Positions 46,477 through 55,288 of a DNA stretch of 64,000 nucleotides are shown here, piece by piece (the first letter of the stretch is position 1; every line of letters begins with the position of its first letter). The DNA lies in contig CAVPCQ010000017.1 of the NCBI GenBank assembly GCA_963702425.1, forward strand, positions 160,001-224,000. The letters run 5' to 3'. The translations under genes were made by a program, and so were the position numbers. The notes under the pieces are model-generated. The model searched no databases and was not told where the DNA came from. It worked only from the letters and a program-made list of their open reading frames with translations. The stretch comes from an uncultured Acidobacteriota bacterium (GTDB lineage: Bacteria; Acidobacteriota; Polarisedimenticolia; J045).

Positions 46477-46557
46477 TGCTCTCCGGCCCCGACCCGATCT
46501 CCTAACCCATCCCTTTCCACTGAGCAAGTTCAGTTCACCCGAAACAAGGAGGCTTCC

Positions 46558-47256
46558 ATGACCCGCTCGATCCGCTCGCTCTTCGTGACCGCCCTCGCCG
46601 CCCTGGCGATCCTGGTTCCCTCGACCGCCCTCGCCGCCGATAACGCGGTCTACGTCGTGCACGGTATCCCGGGGGCCGTGGTCGACGTCTACGTCAACGG
46701 TGGCCTCGCGCTCGAGGACTACACCTTCGGGACCGTCGTCGGACCGCTGCCGCTCCCCCCCGGGACCTACACCGTGGAGGTCTTCCTGGCGAACTCCGAC
46801 CCGACGACTGCCGAGGCGGTCATCCGGCTGGATGACGCCGCGCTGCCGGGCGGCCTGAACCTCTCGCTGGTCGCGGCGTTGACCCCCGGCGGCACGCCGG
46901 CGATCCTGCCCTTCGTCAACGACGTCTCGCCGGTGATGCCGAACTTCGGCCGCCTCGGGCTGCGGCACGCGGCCGACGCCCCAGGCTTCGTCATCAACTC
47001 GCGTGGTATCGGCCGCGTCAACTTCTCCGCCGGCAGCGGAATTGACCTTGACGTGCTCGCCCGGACCTACACGCTCCCCTTCGCGCTCTTCAACGGCGGC
47101 AACGGGATGCCGGTCATGGGGCCCGAGTTCCTGACCGTGAAGACCGGCACCTTCACCATCGGCTACGTCGTGGGCTCCGCTCCCGCAGGGAACCTCTCGT
47201 TGGTCACGCAGGAGATCCCGCTCGAGACGATGAAGGCCGCCCGCGCGCGGCGCTGA
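46558..47256 (+). CDS. Secreted DUF4397-like protein
   Basis: Signal peptide; VYVVHGIPG, VDVYVNG, LRHAADAP repeat. Confidence 0.8.
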   Translation: MTRSIRSLFVTALAALAILVPSTALAADNAVYVVHGIPGAVVDVYVNGGLALEDYTFGTVVGPLPLPPGTYTVEVFLANSDPTTAEAVIRLDDAALPGGLNLSLVAALTPGGTPAILPFVNDVSPVMPNFGRLGLRHAADAPGFVINSRGIGRVNFSAGSGIDLDVLARTYTLPFALFNGGNGMPVMGPEFLTVKTGTFTIGYVVGSAPAGNLSLVTQEIPLETMKAARARR

Positions 47257-47307
47257 CCCTGCTCCGGGGCCTCCCTGCGGCCCCGTTCTCCTTCCTCCCC
47301 CGCACCG

Positions 47308-47342
47308 CCGGCCGTGGGCTTCGTGCCCACGGCCGGTTTTCT
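47308..47342 (+). terminator. Rho-independent terminator
   Basis: CCGGCCGTGGGC-TTCGT-GCCCACGGCCGG followed by TTTTCT. Confidence 0.85.
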
Positions 47343-47374
47343 GTACAGCCTCTTCGCCTGCGAGTTGCAGCCGT

Positions 47375-47911
47375 TCAGTTCGTCTGCGTCTCGAGGTCGG
47401 ACTTGGGGCTCGTCGTCTTCGTCGCGCGACACGGACAGCCGTCCTTGTTGCCGCAGTTGCACGTGCCCAGGCAGTCGTCGCGATCCTTCGAGACCACGGT
47501 GCCGCACCATTCGACGGTGATCCCCTCCTTCGCCGCCGCGAGCAGTCCGGCCGGCAGCAACTCCGCCGGGAGCGCGGCGAAGCTGCCAAGCGGCCGGGCG
47601 ACCTGCCTGGCCTCGGGTTCGTGCCCGAGCGTGGAGAGCCGGTCGCGCAGCCGGGCGAACGCCGTCGCCGAGACGAGCGCGCTGCCGTCCATCGCGCGGC
47701 CGGCCGGCTCGCAGCCGGGAACGGAGATCTCGGCCAGAACCGTGGGTCCCTGGAGCGCGCGGATCGTCGTCACGTGCTGCTGGAGATCGCAGATGTAGGC
47801 GATCTCGAGTGGCGGCGGAGCAGCGGCGGCGGCCGCGGCTGGGACCGCGAGCACGGCAAGGACGACGAGCAGGGCGGGATAGGTACGGGTTCGGAGCGGG
47901 ATGGGAAGCAT
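47375..47911 (-). CDS. Secreted Cys-rich hypothetical protein
   Basis: RBS AAGGAGG; signal peptide; C-terminal CLGTCNCGNKDGCPC. Confidence 0.7.
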   Translation of the reverse strand: MLPIPLRTRTYPALLVVLAVLAVPAAAAAAAPPPLEIAYICDLQQHVTTIRALQGPTVLAEISVPGCEPAGRAMDGSALVSATAFARLRDRLSTLGHEPEARQVARPLGSFAALPAELLPAGLLAAAKEGITVEWCGTVVSKDRDDCLGTCNCGNKDGCPCRATKTTSPKSDLETQTN

Positions 47912-48125
47912 CGGGGAACCTCCTTCGGCGGTCGCGGACGCCGCGCCGCAGGCAGGAGAGTCGGGCGCAGGGCGCGGGAATGCGAGCAGGAAGCTGCCGG
48001 ACCGTCCCCGCCGCGGGATCGGAGGGCCGCGGGATGCGCCAGTGGCGCGGTGCGCCAGAAAGACGCGGCCAAGGTCACTCTTCAGCCCGGTAATTCCTCG
48101 GAAGGGGCGACGGCAAGGGGCCTCG

Positions 48126-48180
48126 AATCAATGACTTGACCCGACGCGGCGATTCTCCGCCTGCTGGCATCCGCCTTGCT
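48126..48180 (+). promoter_or_regulatory. Sigma54 (-24/-12) promoter with an upstream IHF site
   Basis: TGGCATCCGCCTTGCT 48165-48180 (GG-N10-GC); AATCAATGACTTG 48126-48138 matches WATCAANNNNTTR. Confidence 0.8.
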
Positions 48181-48190
48181 CTATTAGGAG

Positions 48191-48320
48191 CGACAAGATC
48201 AAGTCGGGACATCGCCGAGAGCCAGCGACAGGGCAGATGTTCGATGGGCTCCGAAGGCCCGACCTGACCTCCTCCTCCCCTCCCTTGGCCCCCGGTGAAA
48301 ACCGGGGGCTCGTCTTTTTC
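48191..48320 (+). ncRNA. Putative structured small RNA (possibly related to Acido-Lenti-1; unverified)
   Basis: Lies between a sigma54 promoter and an intrinsic terminator with no credible ORF; TCAAGTCGGG/CCCGACCTGA and ACATC/GATGT helices. Confidence 0.65.
48288..48320 (+). terminator. Rho-independent terminator
   Basis: GCCCCCGGT-GAAA-ACCGGGGGC then TCGTCTTTTT. Confidence 0.8.
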
Positions 48321-48331
48321 GATCGAGCGGA

Positions 48332-49021
48332 TTACGGCCCGGCGCGCCGCATCACCTGCGCGAGCGCGCCGTCGAACATCGCGCGCGTCAGCCTCCCGGT
48401 GTTCGTGTTCTGACGCGACACGTGGTACGAGTCGATCAGCCACCGCCCGGCCGGCAGTTCGTGTTCCGCGCCGTGCGCGAAACGGTGCGCCGCCGCCGGG
48501 AGGCCGAAGCGCGCGAGCAGCGCGTCGTGTCCGATGCGCCCCAGCGCCAGATAGGCCCTGGTCTCGCCGAGCAGCGCCAGCTCGCGTTCCGTCCACTTCG
48601 CGCAGGCGACGATCTCCTCGCGCGCCGGCTTGTTGGCGGGCGGGGCGCAGCGCACCGCCGCCGTGATGTAGACGTCGTGCAGCACCAGCCCGTCGACCCG
48701 ATCCCGCGATTCCGGGGCCGACGACAGCCCCGCGCGGAAGAGTGCGTCGTACAGGAAGAGCCCCGACGCGTCGCCGGTGAACGGGCGGCCGGTCCGGTTG
48801 GAGCCGTGCGCCCCCGGCGCGAGGCCGAAGATCACGAGGCGTGCCGCGGGATCGCCGAACCCGGGGACCGGCCGCGCCCAGTAGACGTCGCCGCGGTGCG
48901 CGCGCTTCTTCGCCCGGCCGACCTGCTCGCGCCACGCCACGAGCCGCGGGCAGGCGCGGCAGTGCACCAGTTCCTGGTGCAACCGCTCGAGGGGACCGGG
49001 TTCGCGGGGGCGAGGCGTCAT
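48332..49021 (-). CDS. Uracil-DNA glycosylase, family 5 (UdgB-like)
   Basis: CRACPRL, GLAPGAHGSNRTGRPFTGD, RCAPPANKP, SYHVSRQNTNTG. Confidence 0.92.
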   Translation of the reverse strand: MTPRPREPGPLERLHQELVHCRACPRLVAWREQVGRAKKRAHRGDVYWARPVPGFGDPAARLVIFGLAPGAHGSNRTGRPFTGDASGLFLYDALFRAGLSSAPESRDRVDGLVLHDVYITAAVRCAPPANKPAREEIVACAKWTERELALLGETRAYLALGRIGHDALLARFGLPAAAHRFAHGAEHELPAGRWLIDSYHVSRQNTNTGRLTRAMFDGALAQVMRRAGP

Positions 49022-49120
49022 GCGCGGCATGCTAACGCCTGGCCCGCGAGCCGGGGCAACGGGCGCGCTTTGCGGGCAGGGTCCGGTCGGCCGGAGAATG
49101 TCTCCCCGCGGAGGATCGCC

Positions 49121-49840
49121 ATGAACTTCGGCCTCATCGATCGTGTCGTCATCGTCACCGGGGCCGCCGGGGCCCTCGGCTCCGTCGTCGCCCGGCAACT
49201 CCTCGGCCAGGGTACGCGCGTCGCGCTGGCGGACCTCGTTCCGGACGCGGTGCGGGCCGAGTCCGGCGCGCGGGCCGCGTCGGAGAGCGCGTGGGTCGCC
49301 GAGGCGACCGACCTGACCGATCCCGCGGCGGTCGCGCGGATGGTCGACGGTACGCTGCAGCGCTTCGGCCGGGTCGATGGTCTCGTCAATATCGCCGGAG
49401 GCTACCGAGCGGGCGCGCCCGTGCACGAGATGACGCTCTCCGACTGGGAGTTCATGTTCGCGATCAACGTCCGCTCGGCGCTGCTCGCATCGCGCGCCGT
49501 GGTGCCTCACTTCCTGCGCCAGGGTTCGGGCGCGATCGTCAACGTCGGCTCACGGGCGGCGCTGGCCGGCGTCGGCGACGCGGGAGCCTACAGCGCGGCG
49601 AAGGCTGTCGTGGTGCGGCTGACCGAGAGCATGTCGGCCGAGCTGAAGGACCGCGGCGTGCGGGTCAACTCGGTCCTCCCCTCGATCATCGACACCGAGG
49701 CCAATCGGGTCGCGATGCCCGACGCCGACTTCGGCCGCTGGGTCGATCCGGAGGCGCTGGCCGAGGTGATCCTGTTCCTGCTCAGCGACGGCGCCCGGGC
49801 GATCCACGGCGCCGCGATCCCGGTCTTCGGGCGGGCGTAG
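49121..49840 (+). CDS. Short-chain dehydrogenase/reductase
   Basis: TGAAGALG, NIAGG, YSAAK. Confidence 0.92.
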   Translation: MNFGLIDRVVIVTGAAGALGSVVARQLLGQGTRVALADLVPDAVRAESGARAASESAWVAEATDLTDPAAVARMVDGTLQRFGRVDGLVNIAGGYRAGAPVHEMTLSDWEFMFAINVRSALLASRAVVPHFLRQGSGAIVNVGSRAALAGVGDAGAYSAAKAVVVRLTESMSAELKDRGVRVNSVLPSIIDTEANRVAMPDADFGRWVDPEALAEVILFLLSDGARAIHGAAIPVFGRA

Positions 49841-49852
49841 CGCGGGCAAGCG

Positions 49853-50692
49853 CTACGGTTTTCGCCCCGCGACGTCCACGCTGGTGAAGTAGTCGACCGG
49901 TGTGGTGCCGGCCGGCAGCGACTCCATGATCCGCCGGTAGAGCGGGTCCTCGAACTGCTGCATCGCGGCGACGTACTCCGGCTTGGGGTTCAGCGTGACG
50001 TCCGCCAGGCCGGCCGCTTCCAGGGCCCGGCGGTAGTCGTCGATCAGAACCGCACCGGCGATGCAGCCGACCCAGGCGACGATCTCCTGCTCGACCGCCT
50101 CCGGCAGGGGCCGCAGCAGCGCCATGTCCGACACCGCCACGCGGCCGCCCGGCTTGAGGACCCGCGCGATCTCGCGGAAGACCTGCGGCTTGTCGGGCGA
50201 GAGGTTGATCACGCAGTTCGAGATCACCACATCCACGGAGCCGTCGGCCACCGGCAGGTGCTCGATCTCGCCGAGCCGGAACTCGACGTTGTCGAGGCCG
50301 CTCTGTCCGCGATACCAGCCGATCCCGCCGCGCGCCTTGGCGATCATCTCCGGCGTCATGTCGACGCCGATGACGCGCCCCGTCGCACCGACGCGCGGCC
50401 CCGCCAGGAAGACGTCGAAGCCGCCGCCGCTGCCGAGGTCGAGCACGACCTCGCCCGGCTTCAGCGCGGCGATCAGCGCGGGGTTGCCGCACGAGAGGGC
50501 CATGTTCGCCCCCTCGGGAACCGCGGCCAGGTCCGCCGCCGCGTACCCGATCTGGGCCGCGAACTCGTGCGCCGGCATCGCACCCGGCATCCCGCAGCAA
50601 CCGCCCGGTCCTTCGACCGCCACGCGCGCGTACCCCTCCCGCACTTCGCCCCGGATCCGCTCGTCGTTTGCCAGCTTGTCGTTCGTGCTCAT
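49853..50692 (-). CDS. arsM: Arsenite S-adenosylmethionine methyltransferase
   Basis: GCC, LSCGNP, LDLGSGGGFD, ISNCVINL, WVGCIAGA; ars context. Confidence 0.93.
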   Translation of the reverse strand: MSTNDKLANDERIRGEVREGYARVAVEGPGGCCGMPGAMPAHEFAAQIGYAAADLAAVPEGANMALSCGNPALIAALKPGEVVLDLGSGGGFDVFLAGPRVGATGRVIGVDMTPEMIAKARGGIGWYRGQSGLDNVEFRLGEIEHLPVADGSVDVVISNCVINLSPDKPQVFREIARVLKPGGRVAVSDMALLRPLPEAVEQEIVAWVGCIAGAVLIDDYRRALEAAGLADVTLNPKPEYVAAMQQFEDPLYRRIMESLPAGTTPVDYFTSVDVAGRKP

Positions 50693-51129
50693 GGCGTGGC
50701 CTCCAGCTGCCTGGGCAGCGTTTCGATGAAGCTCCTGATCTCGTCACGGACCCGCCGGTACGGGGCGAGCGCGTCCTCTTCGGTCTTCGCGTCGCGGGCC
50801 AGCTTCGGCGGGTCGTCGAACCCGTGGTGCAGGCGCCGGGTCGCGCCGGCGAAGACCGGACAGCGCTCGTCGGCGGCGCCGCAGACGGTGACGACCCAGT
50901 CGAAGTCGGTCCGCTCCAGCTGGTCGATCGTCCGGGAGCGCTGCCCGCGGATGTCGACGCCCGCTTCGGCCATCACCTGCACGGCGCGGGGGTTCACGCC
51001 GTGGGCCTCGATCCCGGCCGAGTACGGCTCGATCCGCTCACCGTGCAGGGCGCGCGCCCAGCCCTCGGCCATCTGGCTGCGGCACGAGTTGCCGGTGCAG
51101 AGGAAGAGGACTTTCAGCCGCGGTAGCAC
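50689..51129 (-). CDS. arsC: Thioredoxin-type arsenate reductase
   Basis: CTGNSCRSQMAEG, VTVC, CPVF, FDDP. Confidence 0.93.
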   Translation of the reverse strand: MLPRLKVLFLCTGNSCRSQMAEGWARALHGERIEPYSAGIEAHGVNPRAVQVMAEAGVDIRGQRSRTIDQLERTDFDWVVTVCGAADERCPVFAGATRRLHHGFDDPPKLARDAKTEEDALAPYRRVRDEIRSFIETLPRQLEATP

Positions 51130-51485
51130 GCCGTCACCTCCTCGAGGTCCAGCCCGCGCAGGTGCGCCAGGCGCTGGGCGTCATCCCGCACGCCGGGGTC
51201 GTCGCGCAGGGTGTCGAGCACCCAGCCGAGCGCCCAGCGCGCCGCCGGGCTGGCCTCCCGCCGCGCGAGCCGGAAGTAGCGCCACTTGCCGCGCCGCTCC
51301 ATCTCGACCAGCCCGGCCTGCCGGAGCTGGTCGACGTGCTTGCTGACGGTCGAGGGGGCCAATTCCAGGAGCCCGATCAGGTGGCACAGGCACAACTCGC
51401 CGTCCCGGAGGGCCGCCAGAACCCGGACCCGAGAGGGGTCCGACAGCGCCTTCGCGATCTCGACCAGCTCGTCCTGGCTGCCCAT
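51114..51485 (-). CDS. arsR: ArsR/SmtB repressor
   Basis: KALSDPSR, ELCLCHL, STVSKH. Confidence 0.9.
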   Translation of the reverse strand: MGSQDELVEIAKALSDPSRVRVLAALRDGELCLCHLIGLLELAPSTVSKHVDQLRQAGLVEMERRGKWRYFRLARREASPAARWALGWVLDTLRDDPGVRDDAQRLAHLRGLDLEEVTACYRG

Positions 51486-51586
51486 GAGAACACTCCGTTG
51501 ATTCGCTAAGTAACGAAGTGAATCTACGCCGGGGTCCCCGGCGAGTCAAGTCGCCCGGGCGCGGGAGAGCCGTTCCTCGACCAGCT

Positions 51587-51742
51587 TGCGGTAGGGGCCG
51601 GCCTCCGTGCCGGCCCGCCCGGCGCCTGCGGGAGGGGCCGGCCTCCGTGCCGGCCCGCCCGGCGCCTGCGGTAGGGGCCGGCCTCCGTGCCGGCCCGCCC
51701 GGCGCCTGCGGCTTTCGGGCCGGCACAGAGGCCGGCCCCTAC
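51587..51742. repeat. GTAG-type REP cluster: three 40-bp tandem units plus one inverted copy
   Basis: G(T/G)AGGGGCCGGCCTCCGTGCCGGCCC at 51591, 51631, 51671; inverted copy 51717-51742. Confidence 0.85.
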
Positions 51743-52620
51743 AGCCGGGCGGCGTAGTCCCGGATCAGCCCCTCCACCATGACCCCGATCCGCTGCATGT
51801 TCTCGGCCGACGACGCGCCCAGGTGCGGCGTGAAGATCGTGTTCGGCGCCGAGAGCAGCGGGCTGTCGGCGGCGGGGGGCTCGGAGCAGAAGACGTCGGT
51901 GGCGTAGCCGGCCAGCTTGCCGCTCCGCAGCGCATCGGCGACGTCCTGCTCGACGATGATCTCGCCGCGCGCGGTGTTGACCAGATACGCGCCGTCCCGG
52001 AAGTGCGCCAGCAGCGCGGCGTTGATCATCCCGCGCGTCTCGTCCAGCAGGGGCATGTGGATCGAAACGAAGTCGGACTGCTGCAGGGTGTCGTGCAGCG
52101 AGGGCACGATCTCGGCGAAGTCGGTGAAGAACTGGTCGGGGTGCCAGCCGACGACCCGCATCTTGAAGCCCCGCGCCCGCGCCGCCAGCGCGAGCCCGAT
52201 CCGGCCCAGGCCCAGGATGCCGAGCGTCTTGCCCGACAGCTCCGTGCGCTCCAACTGCCCCTTGGGCCACTGGCCGGCCCGGATCGCCGAGTCGCCCGCG
52301 GTGATCCGGCAGGGCATCGCGATCATCATCGCGAACGCCAGCTCGGCCACGGCGGTCGTCGACGCTTCGGCCGTGTTGCGCACCAGGATCCCGCGCTGCT
52401 CCGCGTAGGGCCGGTCGATGTTGTCGAGCCCGACCCCGCCGCGGATCACCAGCTTCAGCTTCGGCGCCTTGTCGATGTACTCCTTCGTGACCTTGGTCTT
52501 GCTCCGGACCAGGACGATCTCGGCCTCGGCGACGCGCGCCGGGTCGGTCGTCACCTCGCCGTATCTCTCGAGCATCTTCGGGAGCTGCGCGTCGAACTTG
52601 TCGGAGATCAGGATCAGCAT
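51739..52620 (-). CDS. D-isomer-specific 2-hydroxyacid dehydrogenase (short SerA-like)
   Basis: GVGLDNID, GLGRIG, NTARG, EP, TPHLGAS. Confidence 0.9.
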   Translation of the reverse strand: MLILISDKFDAQLPKMLERYGEVTTDPARVAEAEIVLVRSKTKVTKEYIDKAPKLKLVIRGGVGLDNIDRPYAEQRGILVRNTAEASTTAVAELAFAMMIAMPCRITAGDSAIRAGQWPKGQLERTELSGKTLGILGLGRIGLALAARARGFKMRVVGWHPDQFFTDFAEIVPSLHDTLQQSDFVSIHMPLLDETRGMINAALLAHFRDGAYLVNTARGEIIVEQDVADALRSGKLAGYATDVFCSEPPAADSPLLSAPNTIFTPHLGASSAENMQRIGVMVEGLIRDYAARL

Positions 52621-52719
52621 GGAAGCCCTCGCCGCGCGCTCCGGGCGCGCTCGGCTGGCATTCTAGCCCGGGCCCGGGCGGGGCTCCGGGCCGTCGGTCC
52701 CGGGAGTAGACTGGCCCCG

Positions 52720-53793
52720 ATGGGAGCCTCCTCCGCCCCGCGGAACCGCTCCGAGGCCCAGCACCGCGCCGACCGCGTCCGGGCCTTCCAGGACGAGCTT
52801 GCCGCGGCGCGCGCGGACGGGGCGCTGGCCCTCGCCCCGGAACAGGACGCGTCGCTCGGCGCGTACCACGACCGCGTGCTGGCCGAGCTCTCCCGCGCCT
52901 TCGACGTCGACGTCTCCGAGCAGCAGAAGAAGGTCTCGCTGGGGATGCAGGTCGCGGCGCTGGTCGGCGGCTTCGCTCTGGCGGCCAGCGTCGTGCTGCT
53001 GTTCTTCCGCGTCTGGGGGCTGATCCCGATCGCCGCGCAGGTCGGCCTGCTCGTCGCCGCGCCGGTCGCGATGATGATCGCGACCGACTGGACGTCGCGC
53101 CGCGGCGGCCTGCGGTTCACGACGATGGTCCTCGCGGCGGTCGCCTTCGCCGCGTTCGTGCTGACGCTCGAGGGGCTCGGCCAGGTCTTCGCGATCACGC
53201 CGACGGCGGCGCTGTTCCTGGCGCTCGCGCTGCTCGCGCTCGTGCTGGCCTACGGCTACGACCTGCGGCTGCCGCTCGCGGCCGGGCTCGTCTGCCTGTC
53301 GCTCTGGCTGGCCACGGTCCCGATACGGCTCGCGGGGGGCTGGTGGGGCGGGGTGGACGACCACTTCGAGAACTTCCTCTTCGCCGGGGCGGTCGTCTTC
53401 GCGCTGTCGTTCCTGCGGCAGCCGCGCACGCTGGACTTCCCGCCCGTCTACCGGCTGGTCGGTCTGGTCCAGGTCTTCGTGGCCCTGCTCGTCATGAGCT
53501 ACGCCGGACACACCAGCCGGCTCCCGTGGGACGGGGACACGGCCGAGGGGTTCTACCAGGTCGCGTCGTTCCTCGTCGCCGCGGGGATGATCGCGCTCGG
53601 GATCGTCCGCCGCTGGCCGGAGACGGTCTACCTCTCGACCGGCGCGCTCGTCGTCTACCTCGTCGCCAAGTACTCCGACTGGTGGTGGGACGCGCTCCCG
53701 CGCTGGCTGTTCTTCCTGCTGCTGGGTCTCTTCGCGCTCGCGCTGCTGTGGGTCTTCCGGCGGCTGCGGGCACGGCTGGCGGGGACGCCATGA
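52720..53793 (+). CDS. DUF2157-like membrane protein
   Basis: AQHRADRVRAF N-terminus, multi-TM, KYSDWWWD. Confidence 0.75.
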   Translation: MGASSAPRNRSEAQHRADRVRAFQDELAAARADGALALAPEQDASLGAYHDRVLAELSRAFDVDVSEQQKKVSLGMQVAALVGGFALAASVVLLFFRVWGLIPIAAQVGLLVAAPVAMMIATDWTSRRGGLRFTTMVLAAVAFAAFVLTLEGLGQVFAITPTAALFLALALLALVLAYGYDLRLPLAAGLVCLSLWLATVPIRLAGGWWGGVDDHFENFLFAGAVVFALSFLRQPRTLDFPPVYRLVGLVQVFVALLVMSYAGHTSRLPWDGDTAEGFYQVASFLVAAGMIALGIVRRWPETVYLSTGALVVYLVAKYSDWWWDALPRWLFFLLLGLFALALLWVFRRLRARLAGTP

Positions 53794-54648
53794 GCCGGCG
53801 GCTGCCGCTCTGGGCCGGACTCGCGGTGATCCTCGCCGTCAGCGCGGGGACGCTGCTCGGCGTGCTCTGGAACCGCACCGGCACACCCGATGCCGTGCTG
53901 GAACTCGAAGAGCGCGAGCTGATCCTGCTCCCCGCCGAGCGCGAGGACAGCGGCCGGACGATGACCTGGATCGTCGACGGGTCGCGCGGAGAGTGGTTGC
54001 GCCCGACCCCGGCCTGGCTGGACCGCGAGAAGCTCGGCGCGCTGGGGTTCGACGTGAGCGTCGACCCGCTGACACCCGGCGCGGAGCGTCACTACCAGGT
54101 CCAGCCGCCGCGAGCGGTCTTCGTCGCGCTGGAACTGGGCGGCGACGCGTACCGCGAGTCCCTCGCGGCGTGGACGAAGCGGCTCGAGGAGGAGGCGGCC
54201 CGCACGGGTGGGGCCGCACCGACTGCCGAGCGGCGGGCCGAGATCGAGCGAGAGCTCGCGGCCGCGCCCGGGACGGCCTCGCGCCTTGCGCTCGTGGACG
54301 CCGATCGCGACGCGGCCGCGCTGCGGGCCCGCCATCCCGACCGTCAGAAGGTGGCCCTGCTCCGCGCGGTCCTGCGGGTCCGCTGGCGGGAAGATGCGCC
54401 GGGCCCGGACCAGTCGGAGAGGACCCGCATCGAGGGGACGCTCAGCGACGTGACCCCCGCAACGCTCACCGTCCCGCCGCGCCTGCTCGCGACGCTCGAG
54501 GCCCTCCCGCTCGAGGAGTCGGGACCGCAGCGATTCGTCCGCCGAGCGGGTCGCGCTGCTGGGCCGTCCGTCGCGCTACCGGGTGCGCGTCGCCTTCGGG
54601 CGCTCGCTCGAGCCGTGGATCGAGTCGATCGAGCCGCTCGGAAAATGA
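53790..54648 (+). CDS. DUF4824-like membrane-anchored protein; frameshift near 54560
   Basis: WNRTG..LELEEREL, WLDREKLGALGFD, SRLALVDAD; shifted end RYRVRVAFGRSLEPWI. Confidence 0.72.
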
Positions 54649-54923
54649 AGCGGCGCGCCAGGCTGAGCCGGCGCGCCGTCCCGTCCTCCGGACTGCAGAG
54701 AGCTGAGCCTACTGCACCCGGCCCCCCGACACCCGCACCTGATGCGACACGCTCTTGTTCTTCAGGTTCGCGGCCGGCGCCGTCACCTTGCCGCTGATGT
54801 CCCTGCTGAGGGTCAGCTTCCCCGTCTTGACGACGCCGGCGACGATGGTCTGGTCGCGGTCGACGACGAGCTGCCGCGCGGTGCTCTCCAGCAGGCTGGC
54901 GAAAAGGACGAGCAGCAGCTCCC

Positions 54924-55253
54924 TCAGCTCAGCCGGTCGGCCACCCGGTTGTAGATCCAGGCGATCACCGACCCGCTGATCGTCCCCAGGACGAAGCCCC
55001 AGGCGGCGCCGATCAGGCTCCCCACGAACGAGACCTTGTAGCCGATGAAGAACTGCCCGAGCAGCTGCAGGTGTGGCCCGACGATCTGGTTGCCGTACTT
55101 GTCGACCGGCCCCCCCTTGAGCAGCAACCAGTTCGTCGCGATGAACACGAGCAGCGCGAACAGGATCCCCAGGACCAGTCCGAGCACCTTGCTGTTCAGG
55201 CGCGCGGTAGCCCGGAAGAGCTGATCCATCTCGTCTGGCGTGCGACCCTTCAT
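54924..55253 (-). CDS. Small membrane protein paralogous to the C-terminus of the upstream oxidoreductase
   Basis: GPHLQLLGQFFIGYKVSFVGSLIGAAWGFV; start ATG 55253 after GAGG. Confidence 0.78.
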   Translation of the reverse strand: MKGRTPDEMDQLFRATARLNSKVLGLVLGILFALLVFIATNWLLLKGGPVDKYGNQIVGPHLQLLGQFFIGYKVSFVGSLIGAAWGFVLGTISGSVIAWIYNRVADRLS

Positions 55254-55288
55254 CGGTGGCCTCACTCCGGGACCGGCCCGGGACCCGC

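Noticed and set aside
51587-51742. 40-bp repeats as a CRISPR array
   Set aside because: The units are contiguous with no unique spacers and there are no cas genes; the GTAG palindrome fits REP
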